The notes: generated by a model not told the origin, from the sequence alone. Shown: positions 19,564 through 29,633, counted from the first letter of the whole stretch. The stretch: 63,257 bases of DNA, filler included, from an uncultured Ignavibacteriales bacterium (GCA_964611355.1; 5 parts of 5 records of this genome joined end to end with filler, not necessarily neighbours in it), one strand, 5' to 3'. Made by a program: numbers and translations.

Positions 19564-20465
19564 AACCGCTTGATCTTGTCTTTTTCGGCCGGCCAATGCT
19601 GATCATCCCGGTCTGGACGGTTTACCTGCATTTCCTGGCCGTAAACTCCCGGTCCGATTATCTTATCCTCTATCCGGAACCGGTAGTAATTGCGCATTTG
19701 ATATTTCTGACGCTGGTTTTCAAAGGTGTTTATGTTTTCAACCAGATTTTCGATATCGAATCCGACCGCCATAACGACAAGTTGTATTTCCTTCCCTGCG
19801 GGCTGATCTCCCTGCGAACGGCATGGATATATTATGTCATACTTTCGTCGTCGGGTCTGGCAGTGGCGTTTTTACATTCCCAAAGAACAGGGCTTCTTGC
19901 CGCAGCGATTATTGTTCTCGGAACTCTATATTCGATTCCCGGCATAAAATTAAAAGACAGGCCGATCAGCGGACTTCTGGCCAATGCCGTTGCGTACGGC
20001 TTGCTGGTTCCGTTCTGCATAACCTTTGGATATTATAATTCGAACGACGGCGTTATGGCGGCGCCTTATTTTCTGGCCATCGCCGCCGGATATATTCTGA
20101 CTACCATTCCTGACTGCGACGGCGACGCCGCCACCGGTAAAAAGACGGTCGCGGTTATTCTCGGCCCCAAAGGCGCTCTATGGCTGGCGTTTTTGACATC
20201 TTTCGCTACGGTTATCGCGTCGCTGATGACGGACAACGTCGAGATGGCAGTTGTTTCCGGCGTAACGTTTATGCTCGTTGTTATTTTGGTTTTTTCATTA
20301 AGGTTTAATCTTTTGATGTTTGCCTGCAAGTTCCCGATTCTGCTTCTGACTCTTCTGGCTGGGATTCATTTCCCGTTCTACCTGTTTCTTCTTTTATTGA
20401 CAATCATTTTAACAAGAGTCTATTATAAAAAGAGATTTGGCATAGTCTATCCGAAGCTGGGTTAG
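19554..20465 (+). CDS. UbiA-superfamily membrane prenyltransferase
   Basis: NQIFDIESDRHN (NxxxDxxxD) and PDCDGDAATGKKT motifs; multi-TM; overlaps cdsA by 10 nt. Confidence 0.85.
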   Translation: MAVKPLDLVFFGRPMLIIPVWTVYLHFLAVNSRSDYLILYPEPVVIAHLIFLTLVFKGVYVFNQIFDIESDRHNDKLYFLPCGLISLRTAWIYYVILSSSGLAVAFLHSQRTGLLAAAIIVLGTLYSIPGIKLKDRPISGLLANAVAYGLLVPFCITFGYYNSNDGVMAAPYFLAIAAGYILTTIPDCDGDAATGKKTVAVILGPKGALWLAFLTSFATVIASLMTDNVEMAVVSGVTFMLVVILVFSLRFNLLMFACKFPILLLTLLAGIHFPFYLFLLLLTIILTRVYYKKRFGIVYPKLG

Positions 20466-20470
20466 AGTCT

Positions 20471-20983
20471 ATGAAGCGTGTTTTTGTTCTGATGATAGCT
20501 TTTGCTCTTCTGGCCGGATGCCAGGGGACGCCTCGTTATGGCGGAGGACTGCATAGCGACGAAGGCAGCCGCAGGTCTTCGGCCAAGGAGAAACCGGCCG
20601 CAAATTATGCCGTCGATCCGATTGCCCTGGGCGAGATTATCGACCGTTACCTGGGCAGACCGTATGCCGGAAAAGGCGAGGGACAAAAGGGTTATGATTG
20701 CTCCGAATTTGTCGTCGCGGTTTATGAAGAATATGCTTCGATTCACCTCCCGCGAACGACCGAGAACTTATTCAAGACCGGCCGACGGGTGGAACCGGGA
20801 GATTTATATTTCGGCGATTTGGTCTTTTTCGACACCGGCGGCAAGGGCGCTTCGCACGTCGGTATCTATATCGGATTTGATGAATTTGTCCACGCATCAA
20901 CTTCCAACGGCATTATTATATCCAGTTTGAATGATAAGTATTACCGAAAGCGCTTCATCGGTGCCCGCCGGGTGCTGGAGTAA
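20471..20983 (+). CDS. NlpC/P60 (C40) lipoprotein peptidoglycan hydrolase
   Basis: Lipobox LAGC; LGRPY, YDCSEF, GDLVFF, SHVGIY, FVHAS. Confidence 0.92.
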   Translation: MKRVFVLMIAFALLAGCQGTPRYGGGLHSDEGSRRSSAKEKPAANYAVDPIALGEIIDRYLGRPYAGKGEGQKGYDCSEFVVAVYEEYASIHLPRTTENLFKTGRRVEPGDLYFGDLVFFDTGGKGASHVGIYIGFDEFVHASTSNGIIISSLNDKYYRKRFIGARRVLE

Positions 20984-21250
20984 ATAGATATACTTCGTGC
21001 GGTATCTGAATTATCGATAGAAATAGGACGCGGGTTTTAGGGAAAATGCGTTTCGCTCAGTAATCTGGTCTGAATTTTCATTACAAAATCAATGTTGATT
21101 CATAAACCAACCATATTTATGGTTATTTATGTTTATACTTCATACATATTCGGAACCGATAACTCCAAGCCTTAAATCAGGGAGAATACGGTTTGGGGCC
21201 CCCGAAATAATGACAAAACGAACCCAAATCGCCCCGTCGGAGCAGGTAAT

Positions 21251-22111
21251 CTATAAATCCGAAATAAACTCCATCACCACTTTCGACGAGTTATCTGCGG
21301 CGATTTTGAAGAACTGTTCCAGTTCGTCTCCGGCGGTTTCGGAGCCGGAGCCGCCGGCAAGATCGGAAGCCGACCGGAAGATAATAAACGGGATATCATT
21401 GGCCGTGCAGACCTGTCCCACCGCGGCCGATTCCATGTCGGTTATCAGGGCGTCAAATTTTGCCTGAAGCCATATCCTTTTTTCGCGGCTGTCTATAAAA
21501 CAGTTCCCGCTGACGCCCGCGCCGCCGACAAACAGTTTCGGCTCGCGGTCGCCGATTTTTTCAAACGACAAATCTTCACCGGCCAGTTCCTTGGCCTTTC
21601 CGAAAAACAGGCTGTCCGTTTCAAAATATGACATCGGCATTATACTGTCGGCCGCGCCATTGTAGGCATGTATGCTGTTCACCTGAAAGCCGTCTTTGCC
21701 GTGATAGCCGTAATCGTGCGTATGCCACCGGTGGCATACGACAATGTCTCCGATCCGGACACTGGTGTCGATGGCGCCGGCTATGCCGGTAAAAATAACC
21801 CCTTTCGGATTGAATCTATCAATCAGGATTTGCGTTGTCATGGCGGCGTTGGTCATTCCCACGCCGGATTCGGCCAGGACAATTTCTTTTCCCGATAACC
21901 GGCCGGTCAGCGCCGCTCGTCCCAGAAGAGTGTCGGTTCGTTGAATAGACATTTCCGCGGCGAGAAGTTTTCCCTCGGCTTCGAAGGCATAAAGGATCAG
22001 ATATGGCCGTGAAGGCTGAGTTTTGCTTATGCATCCCGGTAATAAAAGTATCGTCAGGACGGCAATGGCAATAAGGCTGTATTTGAATGGCTGACTTATA
22101 TGATCGGTCAT
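21251..22111 (-). CDS. mtnN: 5'-methylthioadenosine/S-adenosylhomocysteine nucleosidase, lipoprotein
   Basis: SGVGMTNAA, FTGIAGA, DMESAAV, FRSASDLAG; N-terminal hydrophobic stretch + LPGC. Confidence 0.8.
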   Translation of the reverse strand: MTDHISQPFKYSLIAIAVLTILLLPGCISKTQPSRPYLILYAFEAEGKLLAAEMSIQRTDTLLGRAALTGRLSGKEIVLAESGVGMTNAAMTTQILIDRFNPKGVIFTGIAGAIDTSVRIGDIVVCHRWHTHDYGYHGKDGFQVNSIHAYNGAADSIMPMSYFETDSLFFGKAKELAGEDLSFEKIGDREPKLFVGGAGVSGNCFIDSREKRIWLQAKFDALITDMESAAVGQVCTANDIPFIIFRSASDLAGGSGSETAGDELEQFFKIAADNSSKVVMEFISDL

Positions 22112-22298
22112 GTTTACCTTTCCTGTTGGCTTGAATAAAGCATGCGTTTGGTTTGAACACAAGCCTTTTCATCTGTGATATCGCACCGAATTAGACCTGC
22201 TAAAGCATTTGGACGGGGTTGCCGGGAACGTCATAATGATAATTGAGTAGAATATAGAAATGTAAAAGCCGAACGTTTGATATGGAAGGTTCTGTCGC

Positions 22299-23033
22299 AT
22301 GGAAAAGTTGCCTGACAAATCAAAAAAGATCAATGGAATAATAACAAGCAGTATTGTTATCGGAATTTCGCTGGTAGTCTGTTCTATCCTGATCGGGTCT
22401 ACTATTACAAAAGTGAAGGGGATGGGGCAGACCATAAGGGTAACCGGCGCGGCTTACAAACCGATCATATCCAACCTGGCAATATGGGAGGGGCATTTTT
22501 CGGCATCATCCCCCGACCTGGACGCCGCTTACGCAAAGATCAAGACCGATCTGGCAAAGGTGAAAGCATTTATGGGCGAAAAGGGATTTGCCGAAAGCGA
22601 TTATGAGATCGGCACGATTTCTATCCGCAAGATGTTTAACCGGGAGCGTGAAATCAGCGGGTATAATTTGAGACAGGGTATAAAAATTGAACTCGATGAC
22701 GTCGACCGGGTAACGCGGTTGGCCAAGGACGCCTCGGTTCTAATCGAAAAAGGAGTCGAGTTTGATTCAAGGCCGCCTCAATATATCTTTACCGGTTTGG
22801 AGCCTCTCAAGCTCGAAATGATTAAGGCCGCTACGGAAAACGCCAAAATGCGAGCCGAACAACTGGCCGGTTCAACCGGTATGGAAGTCGGCGCGCCGCG
22901 CTCCGCCCGTGTCGGGGTTTTTCAGATCAGGCCGCTTCGTTCCCAGGCGGTTTCCGATTACGGGATAAACGATCAAAGCGCTATCGAAAAAGAAATCGTC
23001 TGTACCGTGCATATCGACTTTCAGATTAACTGA
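22299..23033 (+). CDS. SIMPL (DUF541) domain periplasmic protein
   Basis: N-terminal TM, TIRVTG, KLEMIKAATENAKMRAEQLA, ARVGVFQI. Confidence 0.88.
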   Translation: MEKLPDKSKKINGIITSSIVIGISLVVCSILIGSTITKVKGMGQTIRVTGAAYKPIISNLAIWEGHFSASSPDLDAAYAKIKTDLAKVKAFMGEKGFAESDYEIGTISIRKMFNREREISGYNLRQGIKIELDDVDRVTRLAKDASVLIEKGVEFDSRPPQYIFTGLEPLKLEMIKAATENAKMRAEQLAGSTGMEVGAPRSARVGVFQIRPLRSQAVSDYGINDQSAIEKEIVCTVHIDFQIN

Positions 23034-23198
23034 TTGTCTAATATGGTGTTGCCGGCACAAGCCCGGTTGCCCGCATACCGTAGTCGTCCATTGTTTCCAA
23101 ACCCGAATCGGTCGATTCCCGCCAAATTGTTTCAAAGCGACACAGGAGCTATCCGATGAGGCCGCAAAGGATTTGCCGCTCACCTTCAAATTAATGTC

Positions 23199-23225
23199 TA
23201 AAATTGTAACAGAATCAGCCGATAG
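23199..23225 (+). promoter_or_regulatory. sigma28-type promoter upstream of the FlhG/MinD-like gene
   Basis: TAAA-N15-GCCGATAG, 51 nt before ATG 23277. Confidence 0.65.
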
Positions 23226-23276
23226 TATTAACATCAAAACATTATTTGGTAGAGCCAAAAAGGAAGGGCCAATCGT

Positions 23277-24491
23277 ATGAAAAACGATTCAGCGAACCCT
23301 GCAGAAGTCCTGGAAACTGGGGCGAATGGCGTGAAGAAAGAAACGGAAACTATCTCAAAGTTACCCGCGCCGACCGAGAATCGCATAAAGGAATTTACCA
23401 GGCAGTCGAGCCCGGTGGCCGGTGACGGCGGTACTGATGAACAAACCGGCGGCGGGACTTCCAAAGCTGATTTATCGACAATGATCAGGAAAACCGCGGC
23501 TTCCAGATTGATCAACATTCCGCCGAGGAATGCCCGGTCGCACGAGTTGAACACTCTTATCGGGGGAACCATTCAACTGGAGTTGAAAAAGCCTCACATG
23601 GTCAAATCGATGGCTTTTCTCTCCAATAAGGGCGGCGTCGGCAAGACCCATATAGCCAGCAACATGGCTTTTTATATGTACCGCCTGAAAAAGAAGGCGC
23701 TTTTGATTGACCTTGACCTGGGCACCGCCGACGTTACCAACAAGCTCGGTTTCTATTGCGAAAGCACTATCTACGATATGCTCACCGGCAAACGGAAGCA
23801 TGACGAGGTTATTTATACGACCCCGTACGGTTTCCATTTGATTGGCGGTGAATCGGGCAATCTCAGGCTGGCCAATCTGATTGCGCCGCAGAAAAAGCGG
23901 ATTCTCCGGCTTCTCCGTGAGATCGGCCACGATTATGATTTTGTCATTTATGACCTTAGCGCCGGTATTTCGTCAACAACACTCGATTTTGCGCTGGCTC
24001 AGGACTATCAGATAATCGTCACCACGCCGCAGGATATAGTGGCCGGTTACAGCTGTATCAAGGCCGCTTATTATCGGTTCCAGGAAGTTGAAACGAAAAT
24101 GGCTGAACGCGATCCTTCATACAAGCGGCGGACGAATTTCAGGCCGTTTATAATCCTGAATCAGGTGCCGACCTTTGCCACCGGCAAAGAACTGTTTGAA
24201 AAGATTGTCGCGGTCACCAAGCATAATATTGTAAGCGAAAAAGGGTTCACACTCGATATAAACCTGCTTGGCGTCATCGCCAGCGATCCGAGCCGGGTTC
24301 GCGAATCCGAACTGCATCACTTCCTTTACAGCGGGAAACACGGCGCTACTCACACCGGACAATGTTTCCATTTCCTGGCGCATAACCTGATACAGTATCG
24401 CGATCCGAATTCGATGGAGTTTACGACCAAGGTTAAACGATTCGCCAATTTGTTCATGAAAACCGTGGAAGAGACAAAATACGCTCAGTAG
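23277..24491 (+). CDS. MinD/FlhG-family P-loop ATPase with about 105-aa low-complexity N-terminal extension
   Basis: Deviant Walker A KGGVGKT, LIDLDLG, DFVIYDLSAG, VTTP. Confidence 0.85.
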   Translation: MKNDSANPAEVLETGANGVKKETETISKLPAPTENRIKEFTRQSSPVAGDGGTDEQTGGGTSKADLSTMIRKTAASRLINIPPRNARSHELNTLIGGTIQLELKKPHMVKSMAFLSNKGGVGKTHIASNMAFYMYRLKKKALLIDLDLGTADVTNKLGFYCESTIYDMLTGKRKHDEVIYTTPYGFHLIGGESGNLRLANLIAPQKKRILRLLREIGHDYDFVIYDLSAGISSTTLDFALAQDYQIIVTTPQDIVAGYSCIKAAYYRFQEVETKMAERDPSYKRRTNFRPFIILNQVPTFATGKELFEKIVAVTKHNIVSEKGFTLDINLLGVIASDPSRVRESELHHFLYSGKHGATHTGQCFHFLAHNLIQYRDPNSMEFTTKVKRFANLFMKTVEETKYAQ

Positions 24492-24564
24492 CCGTCATGG
24501 TTAACGCATAGGAAAGGCGCGGTTTTTCAAGTTTTACGCAGTGCCCATGGATCTCTTCCTTTTG

Positions 24565-24595
24565 AACAGCTCGGTCATCCCCCGGCCGGGCTGTT
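24565..24595 (+). terminator. Hairpin downstream of the ATPase gene (probable terminator)
   Basis: AACAGCTCGGTC...GGCCGGGCTGTT stem with G-U pairs. Confidence 0.45.
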
Positions 24596-24723
24596 ATTAT
24601 ATGGACGGTTTTTTTTATCAAGTAGTTCACAGCCGCTATAATCGGTATTTTTTGGGACTATTTTCTGATACCCTAAAAAGTTCTGGCGCCGTAGCAAAGC
24701 TTTTTCGTTATTAATTCATAGAT

Positions 24724-26522
24724 ATGAACAAGGCGTTGCAGATAAAGCTGGCCAATCTTACCGCCAAACCGGGCATCTATATGATGAAGGATAAAAACGG
24801 GAAGATTATCTATATCGGCAAAGCCAAAAGGCTAAGGAACCGGGTTAATTCATACTTCCGGTCTCGCGGCGTCCAAGATCCAAAAACGGCCATACTGGTA
24901 TCCAAAATCGCCGATATCGATCTGCTTGTTACCGATTCGGAAATTGAGGCGCTTATCCTTGAAGCCAATCTGGTCAGGGAACACAAACCGCGCTATAACG
25001 TCAACCTGAAAGACGACAAACGCTATCCGTACCTGAAGGTGACCGTCAACGAGCCGTTCCCGAGACTTCTCTTAACCCGGCGGGTGAAGCGGGACGGCGC
25101 CCGCTATTTCGGTCCTTATACCAACGTGGCCGGCGTACGCAGGACGATGAAATTTCTGATGCGGCATTTCGGCCTTCGTTCGTGCAACTTTGAAATCCCG
25201 TCGCCGACCGGCAGGAAGTACCAGGTTTGCCTTGATTACCATATCGGCCGTTGCGCGGGAGCCTGTGAGAGTCTCGAAACTCAGGAGGAGTATCATAAGC
25301 ATGTCGAAGCGGTTTTGATGTTTCTTTCCGGTCGAAGGACCGACCTGATTAAAAGCTTAAGCGAACGAATGGCTAAGGCTTCTGATAAATTAAAATTCGA
25401 GGAGGCGGCCCGGCTGCGCGATACGGTCGAGGCCCTGGAATCGGTGCGCCAAAGGCAGAAGGTTGATTCCGCTTATGATATAGACCGGGACGTGATCGCT
25501 TATGCGCGCGATGCCGGCGACGCCACGGCGGTTGTCATGCAGATTCGCGAAGGAATCCTGATCGGCCGACAGGATTTTCAGATTAACATCGATGCTAATG
25601 TAATCGACGCTGATCTTTTATCCGGTTTTATTAAACAATATTATAACTCCGCAGAGAATTTGCCCGAAGAAATTTACATGCCGATTTCAATAAAGGATTC
25701 GTCGTTAATTGAAAAGTGGCTCAGCAAAAACAAAGGTTCAAAAGTGCGACTGGTCTCACCGCAAAAAGGAGAAAAACTTAAACTGGTCGCCATGGCCGAG
25801 ACCAACGCCCGTTTGCTTCTGGATGAACTGCTGTTGCAAAAGAAAAAGTACAGGGAAGGAGTACCGGCGGCGTCGGCCGATTTGCAGAAGATACTTGGTC
25901 TTGAAAAAGCGCCGATAACGATCGGATGTTTTGATATCTCCAACCTCGGCCGAACGGACATGGCGGCGTCGCTGGTCTATTTTGAAAAAGGGAAGCCGAA
26001 GAAATCGGAATATCGCCATTTTAGAATAAAAACGGTCGAAGGTCAGGATGATTTCGCCTCCATGCGCGAGATTATCAACAGATATGTTACCCGATGCCTT
26101 GACGAAGGCAAGCCTTTGCCCGATTTAATAATGGTTGACGGCGGCAAGGGTCAGCTTTCGGTGGCCAAAGAGGTGCTTAATAATCACGGGCTGGAAAACC
26201 ATCCTGTAATTGGCTTGGCCAAAAGGCTTGAAGAGGTTTTCATTCCCAAACAGTCATCGCCGTTGACAATCCCCAAAGATTCCGCGGCGATTAATCTTCT
26301 CAAGAAAGTCCGCGACGAGGCGCATCGTTTCGCGATAACTTATCACCGTAAATTGCGTGGCAAAAGGATTATTAAATCGGAACTGGATCGGATTCCGGGG
26401 GTGGGCGAAAGAAGGCGAAACGCCTTGCTTAAGCATTTTGGTTCGGTAAAAAAACTTAAATTGGCAAGCGTTGATGAGATAACCAAAGTGAAGGGTATTC
26501 CTAAAAATCTGGCGCGGAAGAT
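24724..26522 (+). CDS. uvrC: Excinuclease ABC subunit C (truncated by linker)
   Basis: GIY-YIG (PGIYMM...IYIGKA), Cys cluster, FDISN, DGGKGQ, RDEAHRFA, HhH. Confidence 0.97.
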
Positions 26523-26622
26523 NNNNNNNNNNNNNNNNNNNNNNNNNNNNNNNNNNNNNNNNNNNNTTAATTAATTAANNNNNNNNNNNNNNNNNNNNNN
26601 NNNNNNNNNNNNNNNNNNNNNN
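26523..26622. other. Artificial contig linker
   Basis: N/TTAATTAATTAA/N. Confidence 0.99.
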
Positions 26623-26720
26623 ATCGGTACATAGGCTTTGTTGGCAGCCACTGCCAGCGATACCGCCAGCAGGACGACTAAAAAGGAGAGGAGGAAAGTT
26701 GCTGCAAGTTTCCTTTGCAT
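26623..26720 (-). CDS. N-terminus of an exported protein, cut by linker
   Basis: GGAG RBS then MQRKLAATFLLSFLVVLLAVSLAVAANKAYVP (signal peptide). Confidence 0.65.
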
Positions 26721-27214
26721 ATGATTCTCCCTTCACGTGTTAGAGAATGGTTACACACTAAAAAGTAGAAATTGTTTTCATACCCGAAGGCATTAGTGAA
26801 ACCGGCAAAATCCCCTATGCCGTCATAAATATAAATGATTAAAAATTTTACGCAAGAATTATTATCAGGAATTTCGGAAAAATTATTCAGCATTTCTATT
26901 AAGGCATTGACTATCCCAATTTGACCCGGGAAGAATCCCTAATATATTGTCACGAAAGGGCCCGGTCTACCCCCGGCTCGGTTTATAAATCGGAATTGAA
27001 TCCAGTCACATAATAATGGCAAACCCAATAGCCGCAACCTGTTTAATAACATTGGGTTGCGATAAAATATTCCATTTTCCGCACTCGACGACTCCAGAAC
27101 GATAGTCTGCCGGAAGCCTAATCTTTTTGGAATTAATGGCTTACCGTGATTAAAGACAGGCAATCAACGTAGGGTCATCTTTAAATTACCCCAAAACAGC
27201 TAGACTAAACGGGC

Positions 27215-27270
27215 AACCTGTTTTACAACAGGTTTTTGGCGTTGACAGGGACGAACTGAATTAGTATTTT
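27215..27270 (+). promoter_or_regulatory. Palindromic operator + sigma70 promoter for the POP operon
   Basis: AACCTGTT-TTAC-AACAGGTT (27215-27234) then TTGACA-N17-TATTTT (27242-27270). Confidence 0.55.
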
Positions 27271-27428
27271 CATAATCATTTAATTCCCGGACTCTTTGAG
27301 AACCATAATCAAGGAGAAACCCTGCTGTTGAAACCTGCCGCATATGATCCGCAGGATGGGCAGAGCAATTCCAAATGCTCAAATCCACAGATGATCCCTG
27401 AAAAGGCGATCAAATAGGGGAAATTATT

Positions 27429-29633
27429 ATGCGAAAAGCAAATGCTCCGGAAATCGGACGGTTAATAAAATCCGGCCTGGCAAATCTCGTGTTCTTCATG
27501 TTGGGTTTCATTATGATTATTGGCGGTCCGGCCGGATCGGCGGGTTTGCCGCCTGTTCCCGAGACGCCGCAAAAGGCTGTAACCGACGTGTATCACGGAG
27601 TAGAAATCGTTGATAATTACCGGTGGCTCGAAGATTTTAGCGACCCGGTTGTGCAAGCGTGGAGCAATGCGCAAAACAGCCGTACCCGAACCGCGCTTGA
27701 TCGGATTCCGGAACGGGAAAACATCTTTACGTATCTCGAAATGCTCCACGCCGAAACGTCCGCGGAATATTATTATTTCCAGTATCGGAACGGTTTACTT
27801 TTTGCGTATAAGTGGCAGCCACCGGCCGAGCAACCGTACCTGATCGTTTTGGAGTCATTAAGCGATCCCATCTCCGAGCGGATTATTCTGGATCCAAATA
27901 AGCTCAATCCCGTGGGGACAACCTCGATGGACTTCTACGTTCCTTCACTCGACGGGAAACTGGCAGCGGTATCGCTCTCCGAGGAGGGAAGTGAAATCGG
28001 CACGGTGCACGTTTACGACGTTACCACGGGCGGCAACCTCCCGGATACGATTCCGCGTGTGAACGGGCCGACCGCCGGAGGCGGTCTGGCCTGGATTGCC
28101 GATGGTTCCGGTTTTTATTACACCCGGTATCCTCGCGAGGGTGAACGACCGAAAGAAGATTTGCATTTCTTCCAGCAGGTTTATTTTCATAATCTGGGCA
28201 CGCCGACGAGCGAAGACACCTATGCGATTGGAAAGGAATTTCCTCGCATAGCGGAGATTGATCTTGCTACCTCGAAAGACGGCCGTTATATCCTGGCCGC
28301 GGTGGCCAACGGAGACGGCGGAGAATATAATCATTATTTGCTCGGACCCTCGGGCGTCTGGAAAGAGATAACAAAGTTTTCCGATCTTATCTCTCGAGTG
28401 AAATTCGGCCCGGACTCTGCTCTATATATGCTTTCGAGAAAGAATGCTCCATTTGGCAAGATACTGCGTTTGCCGCCGGCGACTCCGGAACTGGACAAAG
28501 CCGAGATAGTCGTTGATGAAAGCGAGGTGGTCATCAGGGGATTTGTGCCGGCGGCCAATTACCTGTACGTTACCGATCTGATCGGCGGGCCGAATCAAAT
28601 TCGGGTTTTTGATCTGGCCGGAAATCAGCAGGGTACGATTCCTGTTAAACCCGTCTCGTCGGTATGGGGGATGCTGGCCATCGAAGAAGGCAAAATTCTT
28701 TTCAACAACGAAAGTTATATAGAGCCTCCGGCCTGGTATATCTATGATCCTGCGACGGGCAAAACTGTCCAAACGGCGCTTGCTGTAACTTCGCCGGCTG
28801 ATTTCGGGGACGTTGAAGTCGTCAGGGAGTTTGCCGTTTCCAAAGATGGAACCGGAATACCGATTAATATCATACGCCGCCGGGGCGTTCAACCGGACGG
28901 CGATAGTCCGACAATTCTGAAAGGGTATGGTGGTTTTGGCATAAGTCTGACACCGGGCTTTGATCCGGGACGCCGTCTCTGGCTGGATCAGGGAGGAATA
29001 TATGTCATCGCCAATCTTCGCGGCGGTGGTGAATTTGGCGAGGAGTGGCACAGGGCCGGTTACCTGACCAACAAGCAGAACGTATTCGATGATTTTATCT
29101 CCTGCGCCGAGTACCTGATAAGCACCGGATACACTAATCCGAATAAGCTGGCAATTGAAGGCGGCAGTAACGGCGGCTTGCTGATGGGCGCCGCCCTGAC
29201 CCAAAGGCCGGAACTTTTTCGCGCCGTGGTGGCTCATGTCGGCGTATTGGATATGGTGAATTACGTTCAGGATCCCAACGGCGTCTTCAATATAACCGAA
29301 TACGGGTCGGTCGATGATCCGGAGCAGTTCAAGGCCATTTATGCCTATTCGCCATACCATCATGTGGTTGACGGCGTTGCTTATCCGGACGTATTATTCC
29401 TCACCGGTCGGCACGACGGTCGGGTCAAGCCTTATCATTCGCGGAAAATGACCGCTCGGCTCCAGGCTGCCGTTGGTTCACAGGCGGATATACTATTGAG
29501 AACCAGTTCCAGCACCGGACACGGGGGCGGAACTGCTTTTAGTGAGAAAATAGCTAAAACCGCGGATGTGTACGCTTTTATATGCCGCAAGCTGGGAATT
29601 GACTACATACCGTATGTGCCGGATGTCGAGTAA
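27429..29633 (+). CDS. Exported prolyl oligopeptidase (S9A)
   Basis: DNYRWLED, GYGGFG, NLRGGGEFG, GGSNGG (Ser), HDGRV (Asp), GHGGG (His); signal-like N-terminus. Confidence 0.95.
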   Translation: MRKANAPEIGRLIKSGLANLVFFMLGFIMIIGGPAGSAGLPPVPETPQKAVTDVYHGVEIVDNYRWLEDFSDPVVQAWSNAQNSRTRTALDRIPERENIFTYLEMLHAETSAEYYYFQYRNGLLFAYKWQPPAEQPYLIVLESLSDPISERIILDPNKLNPVGTTSMDFYVPSLDGKLAAVSLSEEGSEIGTVHVYDVTTGGNLPDTIPRVNGPTAGGGLAWIADGSGFYYTRYPREGERPKEDLHFFQQVYFHNLGTPTSEDTYAIGKEFPRIAEIDLATSKDGRYILAAVANGDGGEYNHYLLGPSGVWKEITKFSDLISRVKFGPDSALYMLSRKNAPFGKILRLPPATPELDKAEIVVDESEVVIRGFVPAANYLYVTDLIGGPNQIRVFDLAGNQQGTIPVKPVSSVWGMLAIEEGKILFNNESYIEPPAWYIYDPATGKTVQTALAVTSPADFGDVEVVREFAVSKDGTGIPINIIRRRGVQPDGDSPTILKGYGGFGISLTPGFDPGRRLWLDQGGIYVIANLRGGGEFGEEWHRAGYLTNKQNVFDDFISCAEYLISTGYTNPNKLAIEGGSNGGLLMGAALTQRPELFRAVVAHVGVLDMVNYVQDPNGVFNITEYGSVDDPEQFKAIYAYSPYHHVVDGVAYPDVLFLTGRHDGRVKPYHSRKMTARLQAAVGSQADILLRTSSSTGHGGGTAFSEKIAKTADVYAFICRKLGIDYIPYVPDVE

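Noticed and set aside
27218..27231. LexA box
   Set aside because: CTGT and ACAG are 6 nt apart, not 8; no SOS box recognised before uvrC either
27300..27400. SAM-I riboswitch-like words (ATCAAG...GAAACC...CAATTCC...AGATGA)
   Set aside because: Lacks the GGACTGGCCC P2 hairpin and GCAACC core, and there is no methionine-related gene; an Infernal search would settle it
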